NCBI GenBank assembly: GCA_036012905.1
Contig: DASCQF010000009.1
Span: 12,982-76,981, forward strand
Direction: 5' to 3'
DNA length: 64,000 nucleotides
From: Vicinamibacterales bacterium
GTDB taxonomy: Bacteria > Acidobacteriota > Vicinamibacteria > Vicinamibacterales > UBA8438
Positions 35,542 to 44,963 of this stretch are shown here, piece by piece (position 1 is the first letter of the stretch; each line of letters opens with the position of its first letter). The position numbers and the translations under genes are program-made. A model generated the notes under the pieces. That model did not search any database. It was not told the DNA's origin and saw only the letters and a list, made by a program, of their open reading frames with translations.

Positions 35542-37797
35542 CTACCGCAGCAGATCGAAGAGGTAGCTGTACTTCAGGGTCAAGGTGCGCCCGGCCCCCG
35601 TCGGCACCCCGCTGCCGATGCCCTGGATGTCGTTGTAGACGACGAACAACCCGGTGTTGGCGTCCGAGAGTAGGCCGAAGCGGAGGTTCGACGACCACAG
35701 GTCGGCCCGGTCGTTGTACTGGACGAGCGCCTGAAAGAACATGCGCGTCGTGAACGAGTACGAAGCGCGCAGCCGGGCGAGGTTGGTGGTGAAGTCGCCG
35801 CCGGGCAGACGCAGGTCGTTGTAGCTCCATTCGAAGCTGGTGTTGAACGTCTCCCCGACGCGAACGGTCACCGACGGTTGAATCGAGATCCGATCCCCAC
35901 CGAACAGTCCTCCGACGAAGGAATTCAACTGGGCGCTGATCGGCGCGCCGAGATTGGTGTTGCCGGCAATCTGCATCTCGGCGTGGTCGTAGCTGCCGGG
36001 CGGCACGACGACCCCCGGAAAGATCTCGAACGCCTCGAACACCCCCTCCCGGGTGATGTTCATCCCGGTGTGGATCTCGTAGCCGTTGCGCCACTCGAGA
36101 TGGTTGTCGATATGGGTGAACTGCGTCTCGTGCCGGCCGGTGTCGAAGTCGAAGAACGTGTTGTGAAACACATGCGGACGAATCTCGTGCAGTCCCAGGA
36201 GGTCATCGGGCCTGAAGGTCGTGAAGACGCTGGCATTCATGCGTCGGTAGCCTTCGCGGGCGAGGAACCCGACCTCGGGGTTGAAGTTCGGCGCGACCTC
36301 GGTGTAGCCGAGCCCGACCCGTGACCACGACGACTCGTGCTGCCCCGAGAGCGCATAGGCGTGCGTGTCGCCCGATGCCAGGCCGGGCGTCTCGGTGTCG
36401 GCCGCAAAGCCGGTAATCGTGCCACTTTGGCCGACGCCCCACCGCCCATCGACGGCATAGGTGCGGTTGAAGTCATCCTCGCCCGCCAGCTCGCCGGTCG
36501 CCTGGCGATTTACGACGATGGCACCGAAGTTGGAGCGGTTCCCCAGGTCCTGGCGGACACGCGCGACGGTGAAATTCTGCTGCGGCGTGCCGGTGGCGCC
36601 GACCGAATCCTGCTGCATGCTCAAGAAGCCGACGTTGGTGTTTCGGCCGATCTTGCCAGACAGGCGTCCGCCGCCGAGAATCGGGATCTGTCCGCCGTCG
36701 GCGCCCAGACCGATGCGCCGGCTGAAGAAGATGTCGACCGCCCCCTGCTGTCCGACGGAGAACAGGCCCGCGTTCTCGAGAAAGAACGGCCGCTTTTCAG
36801 GGAAGAACAAGTTGAACCGGTCGAGGTTGATCTGCTGGTCATCCACCTCGACCTGGGCGAAGTCGGTGTTGTAGGTGAGGTCGAGGGTCAGGCTGGGCGT
36901 GACACTGTACTTGAGGTCGGCGCCGATCTCGCCGGTGGTCAGATTGCTGCTGTTCGCGCTGCGATGCAGCGACTCGCTGAGCGCGTAAGGCATGAACTGC
37001 AGATTGCGCTGTCTCGGCACCGTCAGCCCCTGCAGCTCGCCCGCCAGCGAGATCCGGTTCAGGTTGAACTGCCGCGGGAGGGGCGACCAGTAGGCCTGCT
37101 CGTTCCGGACCCGGATATTGCGCTGAAAGTTCATGCCCCAGGTCTGGTCATCGGACGACGGATAGCGTAAGGTCCGGAACGGTATGGCGATCTCGGCCGT
37201 CCAGCCGACGTCGGTGATCTGGGTGACCACCTGCCAGGCGCCGTCCCAGTTCAGATTGAACCCGCCACCCGACCCACGCTGCTGCTGACTGCCGCCGGGG
37301 CGACCGGTCCCGCCACCGCTCCCCTGCCCCTCGTTGGTGAGCTGACCGTCGTATTCGAGACCGGCCGGATTGGTCCCGAACACGAAGCCGTTGAGGCCGT
37401 CGTGATAGGTGTCGAGGATGAGCCGAAAGCTGTCGGTCTCGGTCAGGTCCGAGTCGCGACGGCTGTCGGCTGCGATGATGGTGCCAACATCTGCGGTGAA
37501 GCAGACGACGCCGAAATACAACGTATCGGCCGTATACACAATGCGCACCTCGGTACGCTCCGAGGCCGGCTCCCCCTCGAACGGCCGGCTCTGCACGAAC
37601 CCGGTGGCGAGCATGGCGTCGGCGTAGACGGGGTCGTTGAGCACCTCACCGTCGACCACCGGCCCGTCGGCGACCCGCACGGCGCTCATCAGCGGCTGGC
37701 CGTCTCGCTCGGCTGGCTGGGCCGCGGCGGGAGTAGAGAGACCGACCATCAACAGCGGCGACGCCGCAAGACTTGCAAAACCGGAATAGCGCATCAT
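35542..37797 (-). CDS. CBM9/DOMON-like + DUF5916 domain protein (secreted or outer-membrane associated)
   Basis: It has a signal peptide and an N-terminal VVDGEVLNDPVY...RIVYTADTLYFGVVC...FRLILDTYHD pattern. The long body is beta-rich and ends ...LTLKYSYLFDLLR. A paralogous C-terminus lies at 63493-64000. Confidence 0.7.
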   Translation of the reverse strand: MMRYSGFASLAASPLLMVGLSTPAAAQPAERDGQPLMSAVRVADGPVVDGEVLNDPVYADAMLATGFVQSRPFEGEPASERTEVRIVYTADTLYFGVVCFTADVGTIIAADSRRDSDLTETDSFRLILDTYHDGLNGFVFGTNPAGLEYDGQLTNEGQGSGGGTGRPGGSQQQRGSGGGFNLNWDGAWQVVTQITDVGWTAEIAIPFRTLRYPSSDDQTWGMNFQRNIRVRNEQAYWSPLPRQFNLNRISLAGELQGLTVPRQRNLQFMPYALSESLHRSANSSNLTTGEIGADLKYSVTPSLTLDLTYNTDFAQVEVDDQQINLDRFNLFFPEKRPFFLENAGLFSVGQQGAVDIFFSRRIGLGADGGQIPILGGGRLSGKIGRNTNVGFLSMQQDSVGATGTPQQNFTVARVRQDLGNRSNFGAIVVNRQATGELAGEDDFNRTYAVDGRWGVGQSGTITGFAADTETPGLASGDTHAYALSGQHESSWSRVGLGYTEVAPNFNPEVGFLAREGYRRMNASVFTTFRPDDLLGLHEIRPHVFHNTFFDFDTGRHETQFTHIDNHLEWRNGYEIHTGMNITREGVFEAFEIFPGVVVPPGSYDHAEMQIAGNTNLGAPISAQLNSFVGGLFGGDRISIQPSVTVRVGETFNTSFEWSYNDLRLPGGDFTTNLARLRASYSFTTRMFFQALVQYNDRADLWSSNLRFGLLSDANTGLFVVYNDIQGIGSGVPTGAGRTLTLKYSYLFDLLR

Positions 37798-37940
37798 ATG
37801 AAACTCGACTGTGACCGACGACAGATCCTTTTATGCTATCAGCCTCCGAGACGCGCCGGCAGCCCGCGGACTGCACCCGGTCGGCTACAATACGGACATA
37901 CTCGAGCAGTGACACGCCAGACCGAAAGGAACCAGCCACA

Positions 37941-38528
37941 ATGATTCGTTTTTCAGCGATACGACGGTCATCCATCAAACAGCTCACCCTGTCGTTGGTC
38001 GTGGGGAGCCTGACGCTGGCCACCGTGCCGGCCCCGGCCGACGCGCAGAACCTGACACCCGACTCGGCCGCCGCGGTGAAGGCTGCCTTTCTCGCCGATA
38101 TCGAGGTGATGCGCGAGAAGTTCCTGGGGCTGGCCGACGCGTTCCCTCAGGACAAGTACACGTGGCGTCCGATGGAGGGGGTACGCTCGGTCTCGGAAGT
38201 CCTGATGCTCATCGCGAGCGAGGGCTACGGGTTCGCCCCGACCGCGCTCGGCGGTGAGGCGGCGATGAGCCGCGACGAGTCGCGGGCGCTGTCGTCGATT
38301 ACCGACAAGGCGCAGGTGGTCGACCATCTGACCAAGGGCTTCGCGCACGCCACGGCGCAGCTCGAGTCAATCGACCCGGCCACGCTCGTCGCCCCGCGCA
38401 ATCTCTTCGGGCAGGAGCGGTCGACGCCCGCGCTGGTGATGTTCGTGGGTGGCGACATGCACGAGCATCTTGGCCAGCTCATCGCGTATGCGCGGTCCAA
38501 TCAGATCGTGCCGCCCTGGAGCCGCTGA
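37941..38528 (+). CDS. DinB-family (DinB_2-like) metal-binding four-helix-bundle protein, secreted
   Basis: The start MIRFSAIRR... gives a signal peptide ending PADAQ. The C-terminal GGDMHEHLGQLIAYAR is typical of the DinB family. Confidence 0.7.
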   Translation: MIRFSAIRRSSIKQLTLSLVVGSLTLATVPAPADAQNLTPDSAAAVKAAFLADIEVMREKFLGLADAFPQDKYTWRPMEGVRSVSEVLMLIASEGYGFAPTALGGEAAMSRDESRALSSITDKAQVVDHLTKGFAHATAQLESIDPATLVAPRNLFGQERSTPALVMFVGGDMHEHLGQLIAYARSNQIVPPWSR

Positions 38529-38575
38529 CCCGATGACCCGGTGACCCGTCTGACACAGTCGACGAAGGAGGCACC

Positions 38576-39595
38576 ATGAGGCTCCGGATGCTTGCGGCGT
38601 CGGTCGCCGCGGGGGGGTGTCTGCTGGCGCTGGCCGCACCGGCCGCCGCACAGTGCGAGCCGGACGGCGACATCCAGTTCGTCTGTGGACCGATCAGCCC
38701 CGAGGATCTGGCGCGGGTCCCGAACACCCCCTGGGTCATCGTGGCGAGCTGGGAAGACGACGGCTACCTCTCGGCTGCCGACAGCCGCGACCACCATACC
38801 GTCCGGCTGTTCCAGACCGCCGCCTCGCGCGCCCGTCACGACCAGGGGACCTATGGCGCGTGTCCCGGCATGACGACAAACGGCTTCCGGGCACACGGCA
38901 TCAGCCTGCGTCCGGGGAGCGATAGCACCCATACGCTCTATGTGGTCCGGCACGGCGAGCGGGAAGCGGTCGAGGTGTTCGAGATCGACGCGCGTGGGGC
39001 CGAGCCGGGCCTGACCTGGACTGGCTGCGCCGTGGCGCCCGAGGGCCTCGGCCTGAACGCGGTGGTCGCGCTGCCCGACGGCGGATTCGCGGCGACAAGT
39101 CCTCGCACCAGCGACATCTGGGAATGGCACAGCGGCGACGGATGGGTACGGGTGCCCGGCAGCGAAGACATCGGTCCCAACGGATTGGAGATCTCAGCCG
39201 ACGGCCGGTGGTTCCTGGTGGCCGGCTATGCCAGCCAGTCGGTCATCCGGCTGTCGCGTGGGCAGACCCCGGTTCGAAAGGATACCGTCGAGGTCGGCTT
39301 CAACATCGACAACGTGCACTGGGCCCCAGACGGGACGCTGCTGGCGGCCGGTCACAACGCGCCGACGCGGAACCGGGTCGGCGAATGCATCGGGCGGCGC
39401 ACGTGCGAGGGGCTCACGACGCACGTGGCCCGGGTCGACACGCAGGCGCTCACCGCCCAGGAGATCTTCACCTACCCGACCGACGACAACCTGATTCTGG
39501 GCACGGTGGCGATCGAGGTCGGCGACGAGCTCTGGGTGGGCCAGGTCGCCGGCGGCACTCGCATCGCCCGTGTCTCGTTGCCGTCTCCACGGTAG
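38576..39595 (+). CDS. secreted six-bladed beta-propeller protein (SMP-30/gluconolactonase/arylesterase-like)
   Basis: It has a signal peptide and GPNGLEISADGRWFLVAGYASQSVIRL, the motif typical of SGL/paraoxonase-like propellers. The assignment is tentative. Confidence 0.55.
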   Translation: MRLRMLAASVAAGGCLLALAAPAAAQCEPDGDIQFVCGPISPEDLARVPNTPWVIVASWEDDGYLSAADSRDHHTVRLFQTAASRARHDQGTYGACPGMTTNGFRAHGISLRPGSDSTHTLYVVRHGEREAVEVFEIDARGAEPGLTWTGCAVAPEGLGLNAVVALPDGGFAATSPRTSDIWEWHSGDGWVRVPGSEDIGPNGLEISADGRWFLVAGYASQSVIRLSRGQTPVRKDTVEVGFNIDNVHWAPDGTLLAAGHNAPTRNRVGECIGRRTCEGLTTHVARVDTQALTAQEIFTYPTDDNLILGTVAIEVGDELWVGQVAGGTRIARVSLPSPR

Positions 39596-39631
39596 CCACA
39601 GTCGAGCGCACGATTCAGGGAGACAACGACC

Positions 39632-40570
39632 ATGAGACTTCGAGCGCTCCTTTATGCCCTCCCGATCTGCCTTCTGGCGCAAGTCGCATCGTCGGCTCAG
39701 GGCGAGCAAGCAGGCTCGCTCACGGCGATGGTGCTGACGGGTCAGAACAACCACGGATGGCAGGTGCTCAGCGCGCACTACGAGACCGTGCTCGAGGCAA
39801 CAGGGCTCTTCGAGGTGGATGTGGTGACGAGTCCGCCGCGCGGGGCCGACATGAGCGGCTTTGCCCCCGACTTTGCCTCATACGATGTGGTTGTCATCGA
39901 GTACAACGGCGACGATTGGCCGCGACGTGTCCAGAAGTCGTTCGAGCGCTATATGGAGAACGGCGGCGGGATGGTCTACGCCCATGCCGTCAACCACACG
40001 TTCACGAACTGGGTAGCGTTCAACGAGATGATGGGGATCGGCGGCTGGGGCGGGCGGGACGAGGCGGCCGGTCCCTACGTCAAGTATCGGGACGGCCAGA
40101 TGGTGCTCGACCATCGTCCGGGCCACGCGGGGGAATGCGTGGACGCCCACGCGTTTTCGGTGGTCACCCGCGAGACGGACCACCCGATCATGCGCGGGCT
40201 GCCGCCGGTCTGGCTCCACGGCACCGACGAGCTGTATAGCAACCAGCGCGGGCCGGCAAAGAACATGACCATCCTGGCGACGGCGTATTCAGACCCGGCG
40301 CGCGAGGCGCATTGGGGCGTGGAGACGCATGGCACGGGCGAGCACGAACCGATGGTCTACACCATTGGCTACGGGCAAGGTCGGGTGTTCGGCACCGCGA
40401 TGGGCCACGTCGATGGCGGCGCCGAGGTGGGTTCGGGGCCATGGCCCGCGATCGACTGCGAAGGCTTCATCACGCTGATTCAGCGGGGCGCGGAGTGGGC
40501 CGCGACAGGCGACGTCACCCAGCCAGTGCCGGACACGTTTCCGACCGCCACCGACGTGAGCCTGCGATAG
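39632..40570 (+). CDS. ThuA-domain protein (class I glutamine-amidotransferase-like fold), secreted
   Basis: It has a signal peptide, MVLTGQNNHGWQ, and the ThuA-typical YTIGYGQGRVFGTAMGH. Confidence 0.75.
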   Translation: MRLRALLYALPICLLAQVASSAQGEQAGSLTAMVLTGQNNHGWQVLSAHYETVLEATGLFEVDVVTSPPRGADMSGFAPDFASYDVVVIEYNGDDWPRRVQKSFERYMENGGGMVYAHAVNHTFTNWVAFNEMMGIGGWGGRDEAAGPYVKYRDGQMVLDHRPGHAGECVDAHAFSVVTRETDHPIMRGLPPVWLHGTDELYSNQRGPAKNMTILATAYSDPAREAHWGVETHGTGEHEPMVYTIGYGQGRVFGTAMGHVDGGAEVGSGPWPAIDCEGFITLIQRGAEWAATGDVTQPVPDTFPTATDVSLR

Positions 40571-40676
40571 GCGTGGGTCGGTGTGGAGCCGGCGGACCTG
40601 ATTGTGCCGGGTCGCATCCATGGGTCGCATGCGGCGGTGCAGAACCGAGCGAGGACATCGGTAAAGGAGCCTTCTG

Positions 40677-41717
40677 ATGAGAGCACAACCTGTCGCATTG
40701 GCACTGACGGCGCTTGTTTTTACGCTGCTCGCTGCAGGATCCGTCGCGGGTCAGACGCCGCCTCGGGCGGCCGATGGCCGGCCCGATCTGCAGGGCATCT
40801 GGGACTTCCGCACCATGACGCCGCTCCAGCGCCCGACTGACCTGGGCGACAAGGAATTTCTGACCCAAGAGGAAGCGGCTGCCCAGGAGGCACAAATCGC
40901 AGGGCGTCGCGCCCGCCTGCTCGAGCCGAGCGAGGTGCGAACCGAGCCGTTGCCGGCCGGTGGTGGAGGCCGCGCGGTTGGCGGCTACAACGATTTCTGG
41001 CTCGACTACGGCACCACCATCGTCGGCGATCGACGCACGTCCCTGATCATCGACCCGCCGGACGGTCGTCTTCCACCGCTGACATCCGAGGGTGAGGCGC
41101 TCCGGCAGGTCGGTTCACTCGTCGAGGACCTCCCGATCGCGCTGCCCGTCCGGGTCCGTAGCGCCGGGACAGGGGCCGACCGCCCAGAAGACCGCGGGCT
41201 CGCCGAGCGGTGTCTGGTCGGGTTCAACAGCGGACCGCCGATGATGCCGAGCGGCTACAACAACAACATGCAGCTGTTCCAGACCGCCGACACCGTCGTG
41301 ATTCTCAACGAGATGGTGCACGATCTGCGCGTTATTCCGCTCGACGGCCGGCCGCATCTTCCCGAGCACGTCCGCCAATGGGCGGGGAGCTCGCGTGGCC
41401 ACTGGGAGGGTGACACCCTGGTCGTCGAGACGACCAACCTGACCGACAAGATCGGGAGTTTCGACCCGTCGGCCACGACTGCCTTGGGCACGGGATTGAC
41501 GGTGTCGCTGACCGAGCGGTTCAGCCGGCAGGACGAGAATACGCTGCTCTACGAGTACACGGTAGACGACCCGGTCATCTTCACCCGGCCTTTCACCGTC
41601 GCGGTCCCGATGCGTCGGTCGGACGAGCCGATGTACGAGTACGCGTGCCACGAAGGGAACTACGGTCTGCTGAACATCCTGACCGGCGCCCGGGTCGCGG
41701 AGGTCGAATCCCGCTAA
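40677..41717 (+). CDS. secreted protein of unknown function, paralog 1 of 3 (family X)
   Basis: It has a signal peptide. It shares blocks with 43959-44963 and 45737-46678: PDLQG(I/V)W, GGYN, RRTSL(I/V)(I/V)DPP(D/E)G, NNNMQLFQT, RVIPLDG, GHWEGDTLVVET and YEYACHEGNY. Confidence 0.75.
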   Translation: MRAQPVALALTALVFTLLAAGSVAGQTPPRAADGRPDLQGIWDFRTMTPLQRPTDLGDKEFLTQEEAAAQEAQIAGRRARLLEPSEVRTEPLPAGGGGRAVGGYNDFWLDYGTTIVGDRRTSLIIDPPDGRLPPLTSEGEALRQVGSLVEDLPIALPVRVRSAGTGADRPEDRGLAERCLVGFNSGPPMMPSGYNNNMQLFQTADTVVILNEMVHDLRVIPLDGRPHLPEHVRQWAGSSRGHWEGDTLVVETTNLTDKIGSFDPSATTALGTGLTVSLTERFSRQDENTLLYEYTVDDPVIFTRPFTVAVPMRRSDEPMYEYACHEGNYGLLNILTGARVAEVESR

Positions 41718-42658
41718 CGGACCTCCCTGACAAAGGCTGGGACCCGGACGAGCACGTAGGTAATGTGCCCCCCGTCGGGCACCACGTAGCCGTGCGGGGT
41801 CCTGGCGGAAATGTGCAGCACGTCGCCTGCGGCCACCCGATGCCGCGTCCCACCGGAGATACCCGTACCCAGGCTCCCGGTGCGGTTGAGCATCTCGCCG
41901 CCCACCAGCAACTCCCCCTCGCCGCTCTTGATGAACACCACGTCGATGATGTCGTCGTGAATCTCGGGGCGCCCGTCCGCGTCCCGGTGAATGAAGCGGA
42001 AGCGGTGCGACCGCGTCGGACTGCCGTAGTCGGCGAGCGTCTCGCGTGAGGAGTGGTCTGGTCCCACCCGCGTGGCAAGGGACGCATCGCGACGCGCGAG
42101 ATCGGCATCGGTCCACATGGCGAATCCCGTCGGGTCGAAGTCGAGGTCCGGCGCGTCGGCAGGAATGACGGGCTCGCCCACGAGCGCCGGGAGCCGCACG
42201 AGCACATAGGTAATGTGGCCTCCGTCCGGCACCAAGTAGCGATGCGGTGTGTCGGCCGGGATGTGGATGACATCGCCAGGACCCACCCGATATCGCACTC
42301 CACTCGCGATGCCGGTACCCGTGTATTCGCCGTCGTCTCCCGTGCGGTCGACCATGTCTCCGCCTACCAGCAAGGTCCCTGCCCCGCTCTGTATGAAGAC
42401 GACGTCCTCGATCTGTTCATGCTGTTCGGGAACGCCGTCAGCGTCCCGATGAATGAACCGGAATCGATGGGCTCCGCTCGGGTTGCCATACTCGGCGAGG
42501 GTCTCGCGAGCAGAGTGGTCCGCGGCCACCCGCGCAGACAACGCAGCATCCCGCTGTTCCAGCTCCGACGCACTCCACATGACGAATCCCGGCGGGGCCG
42601 GCTGCAGCACGAGCGCAAGCACAGCGCCCACCAAGAAGAGACGAAGTGACACGATCAT
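41714..42658 (-). CDS. secreted bicupin (two tandem cupin domains)
   Basis: Two homologous halves each contain HRFRFIHRDADG.PE.H..I.DVVFI.SG.G.LLVGG.M and PDGGHITYVLVR.PA. Confidence 0.7.
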   Translation of the reverse strand: MIVSLRLFLVGAVLALVLQPAPPGFVMWSASELEQRDAALSARVAADHSARETLAEYGNPSGAHRFRFIHRDADGVPEQHEQIEDVVFIQSGAGTLLVGGDMVDRTGDDGEYTGTGIASGVRYRVGPGDVIHIPADTPHRYLVPDGGHITYVLVRLPALVGEPVIPADAPDLDFDPTGFAMWTDADLARRDASLATRVGPDHSSRETLADYGSPTRSHRFRFIHRDADGRPEIHDDIIDVVFIKSGEGELLVGGEMLNRTGSLGTGISGGTRHRVAAGDVLHISARTPHGYVVPDGGHITYVLVRVPAFVREVR

Positions 42659-43006
42659 CGCAAGCTCCTGTCAGCAAGTCGCCTGCCCTTCGAGAGCAGC
42701 TACGGCGAGAGCGCATAAATGTACACCCTCCTGGCGGTGCGACACCACGTGCACCGGCCCGGCGCCGCTCGGACACCCCGGATCGCCCGCTCGACGTCTC
42801 ACCGCGACCGGTCCACTCCGACGTTCAAGTCCGCGGCCCGGCGGCCGATTAAATACGCAGCACCACGCCCAGCCGCGCAGCGCGCATCACTGAGTAGGGC
42901 GCCAACAAGTAACACAGGAGCACATCGGAGAGGGGTCACGAATCAGGTAGCACCACACACCTCGTGACTTCTGGCGTCGACTCCGTCGGCGACGCGGAAC
43001 CAAGGC

Positions 43007-43846
43007 ATGGGCATCTCGGACAGCGACTTCAACTTCGTGCGCACCTTCATCCACAACCGGGCCGGAATCGTGCTCGAACCCGGCAAGGAGTATCTGGCCG
43101 ATGCGCGTCTCTCACCGCTCCTGCGGCAAAGCAGCTTCAAGAACCTGAGCGAGCTGGTGGCCGAGCTCCGGACCAACTCCTTTTCGCCATGGAACAGCAA
43201 GGTTGTTGACGTCCTCACCACGAACGAAACCAGCTTCTTCCGGGACCACGCACCGTTCGAGGCCCTGCGGACCTACGTGATTCCCGAGCTGATCGCGGCA
43301 CGTCGGTGCGAGAAACGGCTGAACATCTGGTATGCCGCCTCCTCCACCGGGCAGGAGCCCTACTCGGTGGCGATGCTGCTGGCCGAGCATATCCCGGAGC
43401 TGGCGACCTGGGACGTGTCGCATCTGGCGACCGACATTTCGACCGAGGCCCTCGACCGGGCCAGACAGGGCCGGTATGCGCAGTTCGAGACCAACCGCGG
43501 GCTACCGGCTACTTACCTCGAGAAGTACTTCGACCGGGACGGCCTGGAATGGGTGCTCAAAGACTACATTCGCAAGGCCGTGCGGTTCGAAGAGCTCAAT
43601 CTCAACAAAGCCTGGCCCGCGCTGCCGTCGATGGACATCGTCATGATGCGCAACGTCATGATCTACTTCGACCTCGAGAGCAAGCGTGACATTCTCGGGA
43701 AGGTCGCCCACCTCCTCCGCCCGGACGGCTGCCTCTTTCTGGGTGCGGCCGAGACGACGATGCATTTCGACGAGCGCTTCTCGCAGGCCAGGCGCGACCG
43801 GTCCGGCTGCTACCGGTGCGACATGCAATACAAACAGACCGGCTGA
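43007..43846 (+). CDS. cheR: CheR-type protein-glutamate O-methyltransferase
   Basis: The N-terminal helical domain reads FNFVRTFIHNRAGIVLEPGKEYL. It also has NETSFFRD and the SAM site IWYAASSTGQEPYSVAML...MRNVMIYFD. Confidence 0.85.
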   Translation: MGISDSDFNFVRTFIHNRAGIVLEPGKEYLADARLSPLLRQSSFKNLSELVAELRTNSFSPWNSKVVDVLTTNETSFFRDHAPFEALRTYVIPELIAARRCEKRLNIWYAASSTGQEPYSVAMLLAEHIPELATWDVSHLATDISTEALDRARQGRYAQFETNRGLPATYLEKYFDRDGLEWVLKDYIRKAVRFEELNLNKAWPALPSMDIVMMRNVMIYFDLESKRDILGKVAHLLRPDGCLFLGAAETTMHFDERFSQARRDRSGCYRCDMQYKQTG

Positions 43847-43958
43847 GCACCCCGACACACCGAACGAAGCCCTGCCGTCGTGCCACGTGTCATGATTCCC
43901 TGCGCGCCAGATTTGTCGTATCCTTCTCGCATCGGCCCGAACAGGAAGGAGAGACCCG

Positions 43959-44963
43959 ATGAGCGACAGGTTGCTGGCCTCGATTGGTCCGTTGGTGGCG
44001 TTGCTCGCTTTGGTCCCAGCCTCTGCGCTGAGCCAGACGAGCGCCGTTGGCGATTGGACGGCGCCGCAGACGCCGTGGGGTGAGCCCGACCTGCAAGGCG
44101 TGTGGACCTCGGCCACCCTCACACCGCTGGAGCGGCCGGGACGGCAGTCGGACAGAGCGGAGCTGACCGCAGAGGAAGCGGCGGCCGCGGAACGGCGGAC
44201 CATCGAGAACCGTGCGGCGAACGACGGGAAGTCCGCGCCCGGTAGTGTGGGCGGTTACAACCAGGTCTGGATGGACGCGGGCAGCGTGATTACCAAGAGC
44301 CGGCGCACATCGCTGATCGTCGACCCCCCGGAGGGCGTGATTCCGTGGAAGCCGGAGGCGAAGGAGGCGAGCGACCGCGAGCGGGCGCGTTACGGCGTCG
44401 GGCCGTTCGACACCTGGACCGACATGGACACCGGTGAGCGCTGCCTTACCGACGGCCTGCCGAATATGGTGCCGCTACAGCCCTACAACATGAATCTTCA
44501 GGTTCTGCAGACGCCCGGTGAAGTGGTGATGCTTCACGAGATGTACCACGAGCTCCGGGTCATCCCCCTCGACGGCCGGCCGTTGACCGGCATCGCCCAA
44601 TGGACCGGTGAGGCGCGCGGACACTGGGAAAGCGACACGCTGGTTGTGGAAACTGTCAACTTTGCAGACAGGCCGGATGCCTACTGGAGCGCGCCGTGGC
44701 GCAAGTCCCGCCCCAGCCTCCGTCTCGTCGAGCGCTTCACACGCGTCGGACCAGAGACGATCGACTATACCTTTACCCTAGAGGACCCACAGGTCTTCAC
44801 CCAGCCCTGGACCGCGGCTGCACCGATGACGACCGATCACGCGTCGCGCGGTGTCACATCTGGGCAGATCTGGGAGTACGCCTGCCACGAGCGCAACTAC
44901 TCGATGATCAATGTGCTGGGTGGCGCGCGCGCCGAGGAGGCCGCGGCAAGACGAGACGAGTAA
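43959..44963 (+). CDS. secreted protein of unknown function, paralog 2 of 3 (family X)
   Basis: It has a signal peptide and the same conserved blocks (PDLQGVW, GGYNQVW, RRTSLIVDPPEG, RVIPLDG, GHWESDTLVVET, WEYACHERNY). The RBS is AGGAAGGAG. Confidence 0.75.
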   Translation: MSDRLLASIGPLVALLALVPASALSQTSAVGDWTAPQTPWGEPDLQGVWTSATLTPLERPGRQSDRAELTAEEAAAAERRTIENRAANDGKSAPGSVGGYNQVWMDAGSVITKSRRTSLIVDPPEGVIPWKPEAKEASDRERARYGVGPFDTWTDMDTGERCLTDGLPNMVPLQPYNMNLQVLQTPGEVVMLHEMYHELRVIPLDGRPLTGIAQWTGEARGHWESDTLVVETVNFADRPDAYWSAPWRKSRPSLRLVERFTRVGPETIDYTFTLEDPQVFTQPWTAAAPMTTDHASRGVTSGQIWEYACHERNYSMINVLGGARAEEAAARRDE

